Assembly: GCA_963727135.1 (NCBI GenBank)
Contig: CAVSEX010000003.1
Span: 430,349 to 494,348 of the forward strand
Length of the DNA: 64,000 nucleotides
Direction: 5' to 3'
Origin: an uncultured Actinomycetota bacterium
Lineage (GTDB): Bacteria; Actinomycetota; Actinomycetes; Propionibacteriales; Nocardioidaceae
Both the position numbers and the translations under genes were made by a program. Positions 32,437 to 42,207 of the stretch are shown in pieces. How positions within the stretch are numbered: the first letter of the stretch is position 1; the number at the start of each line of letters is the position of its first letter. The notes beneath the pieces are model-generated. The model worked only from the letters and a program-made list of their open reading frames with translations. It ran no database searches and was not told where the DNA came from.

Positions 32437-33902
32437 CCGGCCGGGCCGTAGAGTGTGTGGTCGTGTCCAACCCGCCGTCCGTCACCGCTGAGCAGCGCGA
32501 GCGACTCGACCGGCTGATCGGGTCCGAGCCGGCCCTCGCCGACCTCGGGCGACGGTTCGCCGAAGCCGGTCACGAGCTGGCGATCGTCGGCGGCCCGGTG
32601 CGTGACGCGCTGATGGGCCGGGCCGGGCAGGACTGGGACCTCACCACCGACGCGCTGCCGGAACAGATCGAAGCCGTCGTCGCCGGCTGGACCGACGCGG
32701 TGTGGGACGTCGGCCGCGAGTTCGGCACCATCGCGATGCGCCGGGGCGACGCGCACATCGAGATCACCACCTACCGTTCCGACGAGTACGACCCCACGTC
32801 GCGCAAGCCGCAGGTTCGCTTCGGCGAATCCCTGGACGGCGATCTGTCCCGTCGCGACTTCGCGATCAATGCCATGGCCGTCCGGCTGCCGTCCGGCGAG
32901 TTCGTCGACAACTTCGGCGGTGTCGCCGACCTGGTTGCCGGCGTCGTCCGTACACCCGTCGCGGCCGGCATCTCCTTCGGCGACGACCCGCTGCGGATGA
33001 TGCGCGCGGCCCGGTTCGTCGCCCAGCTCGGCTTCACCGCCGACCCGGAGGTCGTCACGGCGATGACGGCGATGGCCGATCGTCTCGACATCGTGTCCGC
33101 CGAGCGCATCCGCGACGAGCTGGTCAAGTTGCTGTGCGCCGACGGTCCCGTCGACGGCCTCAGGCTGCTGGTCGAGACCGGGCTGGCGGCGCACGTCCTG
33201 CCCGAGCTGCCCGCCCTGGTGCTGGAGCGCGACGAGCATCACCGGCACAAGGACGTCTACGAGCACTCGCTCATCGTGCTCGAGCAGGCCATCGAGCTGG
33301 AGGACCGTCTCCCGGACGGCGGGCCCGACCTCGTCACGCGGCTGGCCGCCTTGCTGCACGACATCGGCAAACCCAAGACCCGGCGCTTCCAGCCCGGCGG
33401 CACCGTGACGTTCCACCATCACGACGTCGTCGGCGCCAAGCTCACGCGGAAGCGGCTGCGGGCTCTGCGGTTCGACAACGCGACGGTCGACCAGGTCGCC
33501 AAGCTGGTCGAGCTGCACTTGCGGTTCCACGGCTATGGCTCGGGGGAGTGGACCGACTCGGCGGTGCGCCGATACGTGCGCGACGCCGGCGACCAGCTGC
33601 AGCGGCTGCACATCCTGACACGGGCCGATTGCACGACCCGCAACCGTCAGAAGGCGACGCGACTGCAGCGCACGTACGACGAGCTCGAGGCGCGCATCGC
33701 CGTGCTCGCCGAGCAGGAGGAGCTGGAGGCCATCCGCCCCGACCTCGATGGCAACCAGATCATGCAGGTGCTCGGCATCGGCCCCGGTCGCGAGGTCGGC
33801 GAGGCGTATCGCTTCCTTCTCGAGCTGCGCATGGACCGCGGACCGATCGGTGAGGACGCGGCCGCCGAGGCTCTCACGTCGTGGTGGGCGGCGCGATCGT
33901 AG
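32415..33902 (+). CDS. cca: CCA tRNA nucleotidyltransferase (poly(A) polymerase family, HD domain)
   Basis: LAIVGGPVRDALMGR..DWDLTT, RDFAINAMA, HD region LLHDIGKP...HHHDVVG. A GTG at 32457 or 32463 is a more likely start than 32415, which overlaps the divergent gene. Confidence 0.85.
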   Translation: MSGKGRAPGRAVECVVVSNPPSVTAEQRERLDRLIGSEPALADLGRRFAEAGHELAIVGGPVRDALMGRAGQDWDLTTDALPEQIEAVVAGWTDAVWDVGREFGTIAMRRGDAHIEITTYRSDEYDPTSRKPQVRFGESLDGDLSRRDFAINAMAVRLPSGEFVDNFGGVADLVAGVVRTPVAAGISFGDDPLRMMRAARFVAQLGFTADPEVVTAMTAMADRLDIVSAERIRDELVKLLCADGPVDGLRLLVETGLAAHVLPELPALVLERDEHHRHKDVYEHSLIVLEQAIELEDRLPDGGPDLVTRLAALLHDIGKPKTRRFQPGGTVTFHHHDVVGAKLTRKRLRALRFDNATVDQVAKLVELHLRFHGYGSGEWTDSAVRRYVRDAGDQLQRLHILTRADCTTRNRQKATRLQRTYDELEARIAVLAEQEELEAIRPDLDGNQIMQVLGIGPGREVGEAYRFLLELRMDRGPIGEDAAAEALTSWWAARS

Positions 33903-33928
33903 ATTTCGTTGTTTGACGGTTCAACTGC

Positions 33929-33940
33929 ACACGATCGTGT
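33929..33940. promoter_or_regulatory. 12-bp perfect palindrome; candidate TetR operator
   Basis: ACACGATCGTGT at 33929-33940, 13 nt upstream of the TetR ATG, in an AT-richer spacer. Confidence 0.3.
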
Positions 33941-33952
33941 CATGATGCGCGG

Positions 33953-34582
33953 ATGCCGGTTACGCGGATCTACGGCGGTGTCAGCGGGGACGACCGCCTT
34001 TCCGATCGCCGTGCCCGGCTGATGGCGGCCGGTCTCAACCGCCTGGTCTCCGACGAGGGTCCGCGAGCCTTCAGCGTCCGCGGGGTCTGCCGCGAGGCAG
34101 AGCTCTCATCACGCTACTTCTACGACGCCTTCGAGAACGCCGATGAGCTGGCGGCTGCGATCTACGACGAGGAGATCTTCTCGCTGATGACGGTCACGCT
34201 TGCCGCGATCCAGGAGGCCGGCGAAGGTGACGTCGCCCGGCTGGCCAGCATCGGCCTGCGGGCCTTGATCGGCCACGTCGCCGAGGACCCGCGACGTGGC
34301 CGGCTGTTCTTCTCCCCGGCACTCGAGGCGGTACCGGCGATCGAGGAGCGCCGCGTCGCATCGAGACGTTTGTTCGTCGGCTTGACCACTGACGAGATGC
34401 AGAACCGCCTCGGGGTGAAACCCGGAAAGACGCTGGATGTCGCGGTTGAGATCCTCATTGGCGGTCTCGCCCAGGCTGCGGATGAGTGGCTCAGCCATGG
34501 CCTCGAGATGAGTCAGGACGACTTCGTCGACGCGTGCGCCGAGCTCTTCACCGCGGTTGGGGAACTCTTCACTCACCGATGA
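33953..34582 (+). CDS. TetR/AcrR family transcriptional regulator
   Basis: N-terminal HTH FSVRGVCREAELSSRYFYDAFENADEL; 209 aa. Confidence 0.85.
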   Translation: MPVTRIYGGVSGDDRLSDRRARLMAAGLNRLVSDEGPRAFSVRGVCREAELSSRYFYDAFENADELAAAIYDEEIFSLMTVTLAAIQEAGEGDVARLASIGLRALIGHVAEDPRRGRLFFSPALEAVPAIEERRVASRRLFVGLTTDEMQNRLGVKPGKTLDVAVEILIGGLAQAADEWLSHGLEMSQDDFVDACAELFTAVGELFTHR

Positions 34583-34639
34583 CGGCAGGCACGACGAAAG
34601 GCCGGACCCCGAGGGATCCGGCACTCACGAATCGAAGGT

Positions 34640-35719
34640 TCAGCGCTCTTCGTCACCGGAGATGAACGCCTCGAGCTTCTCGCGACCGAGGTCGTCGGGG
34701 CGCTGCTCGGGAGGTGACTTCATCAGGTACGACGAGGCGCTGAGCAGTGCGCCGCCGATGCCGCGGTCCTTGGCGATCTTCGCCGCGCGGATGGCGTCGA
34801 TGATGATGCCGGCCGAGTTGGGCGAGTCCCAGACCTCGAGCTTGTACTCCATGTTGATCGGCACGTCACCGAAGGCGCGGCCCTCGAGCCGGACGTACGC
34901 CCATTTGCGGTCGTCGAGCCACTGCACGTAGTCGCTCGGGCCGATGTGCACGTTCTTGGCGCCGAGGTCGTGCGAGATGTTGGACGTGACGGACTGGGTC
35001 TTCGAGATCTTCTTGCTCTCGAGGCGGTCGCGCTCGAGCATGTTCTTGAAGTCCATGTTGCCGCCGACGTTCAGCTGGTACGTGCGGTCGAGCACCACGC
35101 CGCGGTCCTCGAACAGCTTCGCCAGCACGCGGTGCGTGATGGTGGCGCCGACCTGGCTCTTGATGTCGTCACCGATGATCGGGACGCCGGCGTCCTCGAA
35201 CTTCTTGGCCCACTCGGGGTCGGAGGCGATGAACACCGGGAGCGCGTTGACGAAGGCCACGCCCGCGTCGATGGCGCACTGCGCGTAGAACTTGTCAGCC
35301 TCCTCCGAGCCCACCGGCAGGTAGGACACGAGCACGTCGGCCTCGGTGTCCTTGAGCACCTGGACGACGTCGGCTGGGGGCGCGTCGGACTCCTCGATGG
35401 TCTCGAGGTAGTACTTGCCGAGCCCGTCGAGCGTGTGGCCACGTTGGACGGTGATGCCCAGTGGTGGGACGTCCGCGATCTTGATCGTGTTGTTCTCGCT
35501 CGCGGTCGTCGCCTCGGAGAGGTCGAAGCCGACCTTCTTCGCATCGACGTCGAACGCGGCGACGAACTCGATGTCGCTGACGTGATAGTCGCCGAACTGG
35601 ACGTGCATCAGACCGGGCACGTTCCCTTGCGGGTCAGCCTCCCGGTAGTACTCGATGCCCTGGATCAAGGACGTGGCGCAGTTGCCCACGCCCACGATGG
35701 CTACACGTACCGAACCCAT
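34640..35719 (-). CDS. ino1: Inositol-3-phosphate synthase
   Basis: ATG 35719 with GGAGGAG upstream; [47 protein letters not shown]. Confidence 0.92.
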   Translation of the reverse strand: MGSVRVAIVGVGNCATSLIQGIEYYREADPQGNVPGLMHVQFGDYHVSDIEFVAAFDVDAKKVGFDLSEATTASENNTIKIADVPPLGITVQRGHTLDGLGKYYLETIEESDAPPADVVQVLKDTEADVLVSYLPVGSEEADKFYAQCAIDAGVAFVNALPVFIASDPEWAKKFEDAGVPIIGDDIKSQVGATITHRVLAKLFEDRGVVLDRTYQLNVGGNMDFKNMLERDRLESKKISKTQSVTSNISHDLGAKNVHIGPSDYVQWLDDRKWAYVRLEGRAFGDVPINMEYKLEVWDSPNSAGIIIDAIRAAKIAKDRGIGGALLSASSYLMKSPPEQRPDDLGREKLEAFISGDEER

Positions 35720-35742
35720 GGGTTCTCCTCCACTGATGTTGG

Positions 35743-36384
35743 TCATTCGCTCACGGCCTTTGTCGTTCCCGCGTCCGGTCCGTCTTCTGACGGGCCGTAT
35801 CCCCCCGAGCGTTCACGGTCGATGAGCTCGGTCAGCCAGCGCACTTCGCGCTCGACCGACTCCAACCCGTGCCGTTGCAGCTCCAGCGTGTACGAGTCCG
35901 CTCGCTCGCGACCGCGTTGGGTCGACGTGCGAACGTTCTCGAGTCGCTCTTCCAATCGGCTGCGCCGCCCCTCGAGGATGCGCACCCGGGTCGGCGAGTC
36001 GGTGCGCGCGAAGAACGCGAACCGCACGCCGAAGCTTTCGTCGTCCCACGCTGCCGGACCGGACTCCTCGAGGGCCTGCGCGAAGCGCTCCTTGCCCTCG
36101 GCGGTGAGTCGGTACACGATCCGGTTGCGGCGGCCACGCACGGCATCCGGACCAGCGGCCTTGGCGGCCTTGCCGGCCTTCGCCGACTTGGGAGCCGGCG
36201 CGTCGGCCACGATGTAGCCGTCCTTGGTGAGCGCCTTGAGACAGGGGTAGAGCGTGCCGTAGGAGAGCACGCGGCCCCAGCCGAGCAGCACGATCAGCTG
36301 CTTGCGCAGCTCGTATCCGTGCATCGGAGCATCGTGCAGCAGTCCGAGAACTGCGAGCTCGAGAGCTGCTCCGCGCCGTGTCAT
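35743..36384 (-). CDS. PadR family transcriptional regulator
   Basis: ATG 36384, in frame in track ORF 35743..36597; [21 protein letters not shown]...[18 protein letters not shown]; upstream of ino1 as for Rv0047c/Rv0046c. Confidence 0.85.
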   Translation of the reverse strand: MTRRGAALELAVLGLLHDAPMHGYELRKQLIVLLGWGRVLSYGTLYPCLKALTKDGYIVADAPAPKSAKAGKAAKAAGPDAVRGRRNRIVYRLTAEGKERFAQALEESGPAAWDDESFGVRFAFFARTDSPTRVRILEGRRSRLEERLENVRTSTQRGRERADSYTLELQRHGLESVEREVRWLTELIDRERSGGYGPSEDGPDAGTTKAVSE

Positions 36385-36599
36385 GGTGACCCTTGTCTGA
36401 ATGCGTGATGTCCGTGTGATGACGAACTGGTATATCGGAACGATACATCGCGCCATCACGTCGGCGCCAGCCGGGCCGGTGTGACGCTCGCCGCGCACCC
36501 CCAACAGGCTGCTCTCAGGTTCGTCGGCCAGAATGGGCCCGGATCGTCCCGACTTGCTCCGGATCACGCGGAGGAAGCCCAGACAGAGGAAGCCCACCC

Positions 36600-38870
36600 T
36601 TGAACCAGCGCGTCAAACCGCGTCCTGACAACGCGATCAAGCAGCTTGCCCGCAAGATCACCGGCACCGGCCCCGCCTGGCAGCAGGCACTGCGCTGGTT
36701 CGCGGCGCTGAGCGCAGCCGGCATCGTGGGCGGCGCGATCACGTTCTTCGCGCTCTACCAGCTCATCTCGATCCCGGACCCGAACGCCGACTTCAAGACG
36801 CAGACCACGAACGTCTATTACTCCGACGGCAAGCACAAGCTCGGCACCTTTGCCACCCAGGACCGCAACATCATCTCGCTCGACAAGGTTCCTGCCGAGA
36901 TGCAGGCGGCCGTCATCGCCGCCGAGGACCGCACCTTCTACTCCAACCGCGGCATCGACCTCAAGGGCATCATCCGCGCCGCCCGCAACAACGCGACGAG
37001 CGGCGAGATCACCGGCGGTGGCTCCACCATCACGCAGCAGTACGTGAAGATCCTGTACCTGTCCCAGGAGCAGTCGTACATACGCAAGATCCGCGAGGCG
37101 ATCCTCTCCATCAAGATCCACAACAAGTTGAGCAAGAAGGAGATCCTCGAGGGCTACCTCAACACGATCTACTTCGGCAACGGCGCATACGGCGTCGAGG
37201 TCGCGTCGCGCACCTACTTCGACAAGCCGGCCTCCCAGCTCGGCTACAAGGAATCCGCGGCCCTCGCCGCCATCCTCAATCAGCCGTCGTACTACGACCC
37301 GTACTCCGACGGCGGCAAGCAGAACATGGTGCCGCGCTTCAACTACGTGATCGACGGCATGGCGAAGTCCGGCGCCATCACGGCTCAGCAGCAAGCCGAC
37401 GCCCAGGGCAAGCTGCCGGCGTTCGCGAAGAAGAAGGACAACAACCGCTTCCAGGGGCCCAACGGCTACGTGCTGCGGCTCGTGCAGAACAAGATGCAGG
37501 AGCTGGAGTTCACCGACGCCCAGATCCTGGGCGGCGGCCTCAACATCACCACGACCATCGGCTACAAGAAGCAGCTGGCCGCGATCAAGGCCGTCGACAC
37601 CATCCGGCCGCCTGGTCACCCGAAGCTGCACACGGCACTCGTCTCGATCCAGCCGGGCACCGGAGCGGTCAAGGCGATGTACGGCGGCCCGGACTACCTG
37701 AAGAGCCAGATCAACTGGGCGACGTTCGGTACGCAGCCGGGGTCGACGTTCAAGGCATTTGCCCTGGTGGCGGCACTCGAGGACGGCTTCAGCCTGAAGA
37801 CCCGCCTGAACGGCAGCTCACCGATCGACGTCGGCGGCAACAAGGTCGAGAATCAGGGCGACAGCGGCGGTCAGTCGTTCGGCCCGGTCACGCTCGAGCG
37901 CGCGACGCAGAAGTCCATCAACACGGCGTACGTCGACCTGACCCAGCAGATGGGCACCGATGAGGACGCCACTCCTGCGCCGGCCGGCACCACCACTGCG
38001 GCGCCGGAGGGCGACATCACCGTCGGCACCCAGAAGATTCGTGACGCCGCCAACCAGGCCGGCATCCCCAAGTCCGTCACCGACAAGTTCGACCCCGCAG
38101 CTGCGGTGACTCCGCTCGGCTACGTGCCGGTGCCACCGGTCGACATGGCCAACGGCTACGCCACCATCGCGGCCGGTGGCAAGAAGGCCGACTGGTACAT
38201 CATCGAGAAGGTCACCGACCCGGACGGCTCCGAGCTGCACGTGCACGAGCGGTCGAACGAGCAGGCCATCCCCGAGGATGTCGCCGGCGACGTGATCGCC
38301 GCGATGCGCAAGGTCGTGAACTCAGGTGCGGCCGGCACCGGCAGTCGGGGTCGCACCCTGTGCCCCACCGGCGGCAAGACGGGAACGGCCACTGCAGGTA
38401 CCGATGAGAACCAGCACGTGTCGTCGTCCTGGTTCACCGGCTACACCCCGAAGCTCGCGACCGCGGTGATGTACAACCGCGGCGTCGGCAACGAGGACCT
38501 CGAGGGCTTCCTGGTGCCGTTCTATGGCGGCACCTACCCGGCCATGACGTTCAAGGCGTACATGGACGCGGTCATCGACCCGGCCGACTGCGGCGAGTTC
38601 GTCCTTCCGGGCAACATCAAGGCCACGCGAGGTGTCACCTACGCCCCGAAGCCGACGAAGGACAAGAAGAAGAACGGCAGCGGCTCCGGCGGCGGGAACG
38701 GTGGCGGCGGCAATGGTGGCGGCGGGAATGGTGGCGGCGGGAATGGTGGCGGCGGGAATGGTGGCGGCAACAGCTCGAGCGGTGACGGCGGGACCACCAG
38801 CGGTGACGGCGGGACCACCAGCGGTGACGGCGGGACCACCAGCGGTGACGGCGGCTCGACGCCGCCATGA
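36600..38870 (+). CDS. ponA: Class A penicillin-binding protein (transglycosylase + transpeptidase)
   Basis: GT51 motifs AAEDRTFYSNRGID, GGSTITQQYVK, RKIREA; transpeptidase STFK (GSTFKAF), KTGTA. N-terminal TM; Gly/Asn and Gly/Thr repeat tail. Confidence 0.9.
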   Translation: MNQRVKPRPDNAIKQLARKITGTGPAWQQALRWFAALSAAGIVGGAITFFALYQLISIPDPNADFKTQTTNVYYSDGKHKLGTFATQDRNIISLDKVPAEMQAAVIAAEDRTFYSNRGIDLKGIIRAARNNATSGEITGGGSTITQQYVKILYLSQEQSYIRKIREAILSIKIHNKLSKKEILEGYLNTIYFGNGAYGVEVASRTYFDKPASQLGYKESAALAAILNQPSYYDPYSDGGKQNMVPRFNYVIDGMAKSGAITAQQQADAQGKLPAFAKKKDNNRFQGPNGYVLRLVQNKMQELEFTDAQILGGGLNITTTIGYKKQLAAIKAVDTIRPPGHPKLHTALVSIQPGTGAVKAMYGGPDYLKSQINWATFGTQPGSTFKAFALVAALEDGFSLKTRLNGSSPIDVGGNKVENQGDSGGQSFGPVTLERATQKSINTAYVDLTQQMGTDEDATPAPAGTTTAAPEGDITVGTQKIRDAANQAGIPKSVTDKFDPAAAVTPLGYVPVPPVDMANGYATIAAGGKKADWYIIEKVTDPDGSELHVHERSNEQAIPEDVAGDVIAAMRKVVNSGAAGTGSRGRTLCPTGGKTGTATAGTDENQHVSSSWFTGYTPKLATAVMYNRGVGNEDLEGFLVPFYGGTYPAMTFKAYMDAVIDPADCGEFVLPGNIKATRGVTYAPKPTKDKKKNGSGSGGGNGGGGNGGGGNGGGGNGGGGNGGGNSSSGDGGTTSGDGGTTSGDGGTTSGDGGSTPP
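38688..38853 (+). repeat. In-frame tandem repeats in the PBP C-terminal tail
   Basis: 15-nt unit GGCGGCGGGAATGGT x5 (38688-38762, GGGNG repeats) followed by 21-nt unit AGCGGTGACGGCGGGACCACC x3.6 (38778-38853, SGDGGTT repeats). Confidence 0.85.
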
Positions 38871-38885
38871 GACAGGACGTAGTGA

Positions 38886-39917
38886 TCAGTCGAGCGTGAT
38901 CTCGTCGAACGTCGTGGTCGTGTAACGGACTGCGGTCCGCACGGTGTCGCCCACTTCGGGCGGGCGGGCCGAGGACGGCAGGAACACCAGGCTGGCCTGC
39001 ATGTGCGGGGGCTCGGCGAACCAGCGCTGCTTGCCGTCGACGAAGAACGGGCTCAGCGAGAACCCGGCGGCTTCAAGTCCGCCCTTGGCAAGCGTCTTGC
39101 CGCGTTGCAGAGCGCTGCCCTGGGCCCGTGGTGCCTCGAGGCCGAGGCCATGGCTGGTGCCGCCCGCGAGCACGAGCAAGAACCCGTCGCGCGGCACCGG
39201 CCGCTGCCGATAGCCCACGCGCTCGCCACGCGAGACGTGATGCAGGTCAAGCACGGTGGATCGCACGTCGAAGGCGCCCAGATCACCGAGCCAAAGGGCC
39301 GTGCCGACGCGCGGCCGGATCTGCAGCTGCGGGCGACGCTCGGCCAGCTCCAGTAGCTCAGGTGCTGACAGGTGCGAAACGTACAGGGTGTCGGTCTCGA
39401 TCTGCGACGCGCCGAGGACTGCCGCCCAAGACTCCGCTTCGCTGAGATTGTCGCCCTCCATCGGCAGGTGGACGGCGAAGCCCTCGATGTGCAGGTCGCC
39501 CAGCGCGTCCGCGACGGCAGCCAGCTCGTGCCGGTCGAACCCGTGGCGCGCCATCGACGTCTCGCCTTCCACCATGACCCGCGCCTGCTCTCCGCGCGCC
39601 GCGAGCGCCTCGACGTCCTCAACGCGGCCGACCGTGTGCACGACGCGGTCGTCGTACACGATGTCGGTGAGAAACGGCCGCCACGGGCTGAGCACCATGA
39701 CGTCGCCGCCGAACGCCGCCAGCGCATCCGGCACTTCCCCGTATGTGCCGACGGCAAGCGTGGAGCAGCCGAGCGTGGTCGCCTCGGCGGCCAGCAGGTC
39801 GCGGCCGAGGCCGTAGCCGTTGCCCTTGGCGACCGGGACGATGCCCGGCGTGGCCGCGGCGACGCCGGCGAGGTGCTGTCGCCACCGGGCGGCGTCAACG
39901 TGCAGGTCGAACGTCAT
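38886..39917 (-). CDS. Alanine racemase-like fold-type III PLP protein (divergent)
   Basis: ATG 39917 (ATGA overlap with the femX stop), in frame in track ORF 38886..40952. PVAKGNGYGLG resembles the PLP-Lys motif VKANAYGHG. The C-terminal region aligns by eye to the racemase beta-domain. Confidence 0.7.
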   Translation of the reverse strand: MTFDLHVDAARWRQHLAGVAAATPGIVPVAKGNGYGLGRDLLAAEATTLGCSTLAVGTYGEVPDALAAFGGDVMVLSPWRPFLTDIVYDDRVVHTVGRVEDVEALAARGEQARVMVEGETSMARHGFDRHELAAVADALGDLHIEGFAVHLPMEGDNLSEAESWAAVLGASQIETDTLYVSHLSAPELLELAERRPQLQIRPRVGTALWLGDLGAFDVRSTVLDLHHVSRGERVGYRQRPVPRDGFLLVLAGGTSHGLGLEAPRAQGSALQRGKTLAKGGLEAAGFSLSPFFVDGKQRWFAEPPHMQASLVFLPSSARPPEVGDTVRTAVRYTTTTFDEITLD

Positions 39918-41047
39918 CCTCGTCTCCGCAAATAGATGGTGAAGGCTCGGTGGAGGGCACGATTCAGCGGCAGGTCCCACTCGCCCAGGTACTCGACGGC
40001 GTCTCCGCCGGTGCCGACCTTGAACTGGATCAGTCCGATGTGCGAGTCGTCGGCATCGAGGGTGTCGGTGATGCCGCGCATGTCGTAGATGGTGGCTCCG
40101 GCGGCGAGTGCGTCGCGCATCATCTGCCACTGCACGGCGTTCGATCCGCGCACGTCGCGCTTGGCGGTGGTGGACGCGCCGTATGAGTACCAGGCGTGGG
40201 TGCCGACCCGCACCATCGTGGTGGCGGCGACGAGGTCGCCCTCGTGATGGGCGAGGTAGAGCGTCAGGCGGTCCGGCTCCTCCGCACCGAGGGCGTCCCA
40301 CATGCGCTCGAAGTAGGCGAGCGGCCGCGGCGTGAAGTGGTCGCGCTCGGCGGTCTCGGCGTAGATGGTGTGGAACGCGGCGAGGTCGTCGCGCTTGCCC
40401 CGGGTGACTTCCACGGCGGCTTTCGCGGCCTTCTTGATGTTCCGGCGCCACTGCTGGTTCATGGCGGCCAGCACGTCGTCCTCGCTCTTGGGACCGTCGT
40501 CGCTGGCCAGCGGGACCCAGAAGTTGTACTGCGGCTGCCCGGCGGCGAACCCACCCGTGGTGGGCACCTTCTTCCAGCCCAGCTCGCTCAGCCGGGAGGC
40601 GACGGCCAGGGCGTCGTGGTCGCTCGCGTCGGCCGGCACGTCGCCGAGCGTGTGCAGTGCATGGTCGGCGATGGCCGCCTTGATGGTGGCGGCGTGCCAC
40701 CGCCGGGTGACGACCGGCGGCCCCATGCGGATGCCGAATGCCCCCTGCTCCTTGAGGTAGGCGGCGAGCGGGGAGAGCCAGGAGCCGAGGTCCTGATCGG
40801 TCCACTCGATGTCCGGGCCCTCGGGAAGGTAGGCCAGGTACCGCTTGATCCTCGGCACCTGCCGGTAGAGCACCAGCCCGACGCCGACGAGCCGGCCTGC
40901 GTCGAACCAGCCCAGCGACTCCCCGCGCCACTCGTTCTTGACCTCGGCCCACGACGGCGTCTGCAAGAAGCTGACGGACGCGCGCTCGCGGATGTGGTCG
41001 AGGTGTTCAGGGGCGCTGATGGCCCGGACCCGGAGCGCTGACGTCAC
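39914..41047 (-). CDS. femX: FemAB-family peptidoglycan bridge-formation aminoacyl-transferase (FemX-like)
   Basis: 377 aa; FLQTPSWAEVKNEWRGESLGWF..., YLAYLPEGP, YSYGASTT, LIQFKVGTGG; typical Fem/GNAT-duplicate length; syntenic with the PBP as I recall for Streptomyces femX. Confidence 0.8.
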   Translation of the reverse strand: MTSALRVRAISAPEHLDHIRERASVSFLQTPSWAEVKNEWRGESLGWFDAGRLVGVGLVLYRQVPRIKRYLAYLPEGPDIEWTDQDLGSWLSPLAAYLKEQGAFGIRMGPPVVTRRWHAATIKAAIADHALHTLGDVPADASDHDALAVASRLSELGWKKVPTTGGFAAGQPQYNFWVPLASDDGPKSEDDVLAAMNQQWRRNIKKAAKAAVEVTRGKRDDLAAFHTIYAETAERDHFTPRPLAYFERMWDALGAEEPDRLTLYLAHHEGDLVAATTMVRVGTHAWYSYGASTTAKRDVRGSNAVQWQMMRDALAAGATIYDMRGITDTLDADDSHIGLIQFKVGTGGDAVEYLGEWDLPLNRALHRAFTIYLRRRG

Positions 41048-41081
41048 CCGTCGAAGGCTACAGCCCGCTCAGGATGCGGCA

Positions 41082-41669
41082 TCAGGGCTCGGTGAGGAGG
41101 TCGGCCACCTCCGCGGCCCGCCGGGCGAAGTCCTCCTCGGGGATCGGCGGAAGCATGTCGGCCCACACCGGCAGGTTCGATCCACGCAGTTGCAGCACGC
41201 CCTCGGGCCGCGCGATGACGTTCCACAACAGGTGACCCGTGGTGTTCTCCCACTTGGTGAGGTGGACGCGCCCGACGCCGTCCAGGCCGCGCACCGCGGT
41301 GAACACCCGGCCGAGCACGTGGCCCATGTCGGCGAGCGCTTCCGCGTCGACTTGATCGAGGGTGACGTGCGTGCGCGGGGCGATGGTGGCCCAGAACAGC
41401 AGGGACGTGCTCTCCTTGCGCGCGACGGTGAAGTGGTCGCTGCGCCAGATCACTCGGGCGTGGTCATCCTCGGTGCGACAGACCCGGCACGCCTCGGCGC
41501 TCTGGTCGCCCAGTGGCTCCGGTTCCTCGAACTGGGTCAGGGGAACGACCCGAAGGGAGTCGGCCTCAAACGGGAACACATCCCAGCGGGCCATGGGTCC
41601 CGGAACCAGCCGGCCATCGTGGTCGGCGGCCTCGCGGGCGCGGTCGAAGAAGTCTCTGGAAATGCCCAT
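41082..41669 (-). CDS. Hypothetical protein, HIT-like fold with degenerate histidine triad
   Basis: ATG 41669, in frame in track ORF 41082..41981. CRVC...VIWRSDHFTVA...IAPRTHV...GHLLWNVIARP parallels HIT CxxC...P...H...HxHxHxx, but only the first His remains. Confidence 0.45.
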   Translation of the reverse strand: MGISRDFFDRAREAADHDGRLVPGPMARWDVFPFEADSLRVVPLTQFEEPEPLGDQSAEACRVCRTEDDHARVIWRSDHFTVARKESTSLLFWATIAPRTHVTLDQVDAEALADMGHVLGRVFTAVRGLDGVGRVHLTKWENTTGHLLWNVIARPEGVLQLRGSNLPVWADMLPPIPEEDFARRAAEVADLLTEP

Positions 41670-41710
41670 GTCTCGGAACGTAACACCGCCCCGAACCCTC
41701 GAGTCCGGCC

Positions 41711-42100
41711 TCAGCTGAGCACGCCGGGATCGTCGGGCACGTCGACGGCCGCTCGCTCGAGCGTCTGCAAGGGGATCACCTCGAGTGCCCGCGCGTTCGT
41801 CGCGGCGAGCACTACGGGCGCCGCCACTCCAGCATCGGAGGCCTGGAGCCAGCGCGCCGCCACGACGCACCAGCGATCGCCCGGCTGCAGGCCGGGGAAG
41901 CCGTACTCCGGGCGGGCGGTCGACAGGTCGTTGCCGACCGAGGCCTGGTGCTCGAGGAACTCCCGGGTCATGACGGCGCACACGGCGTGCAGGCCGGCGT
42001 CCTCGGGGCCGCAGGAGCAGTCGCCGGTGCGGTAGAACCCGGTGACAGGATCCGTCCCGCAGGGTTGGAGCGGCTCACCGCGGACGTTGACCTCGGCCAT
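41711..42100 (-). CDS. DUF2237 family protein
   Basis: ATG 42100; MAEVNVRGEPLQPCGTDPVTGFYRTGDCSCGPEDAGLHAVCAVMTREFLE... matches the DUF2237 signature as I remember it. Confidence 0.65.
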   Translation of the reverse strand: MAEVNVRGEPLQPCGTDPVTGFYRTGDCSCGPEDAGLHAVCAVMTREFLEHQASVGNDLSTARPEYGFPGLQPGDRWCVVAARWLQASDAGVAAPVVLAATNARALEVIPLQTLERAAVDVPDDPGVLS

Positions 42101-42207
42101 GGCACAACCCTCGCATGTCACGGCTTCGTCACTCGTCGGCCTCTGGTGGTCGCCTCGCCGAAGTGACACTCTCGAAGGTGATCGGGGACAAGTCATCAGG
42201 AGTCATC

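Noticed and set aside
38632-38925. Repeat-looking stretch considered as a possible CRISPR or intergenic repeat array
   Set aside because: Units are 15 and 21 nt, directly tandem without spacers, in frame, and inside the PBP coding sequence. It is a coding low-complexity tail, not a CRISPR array.
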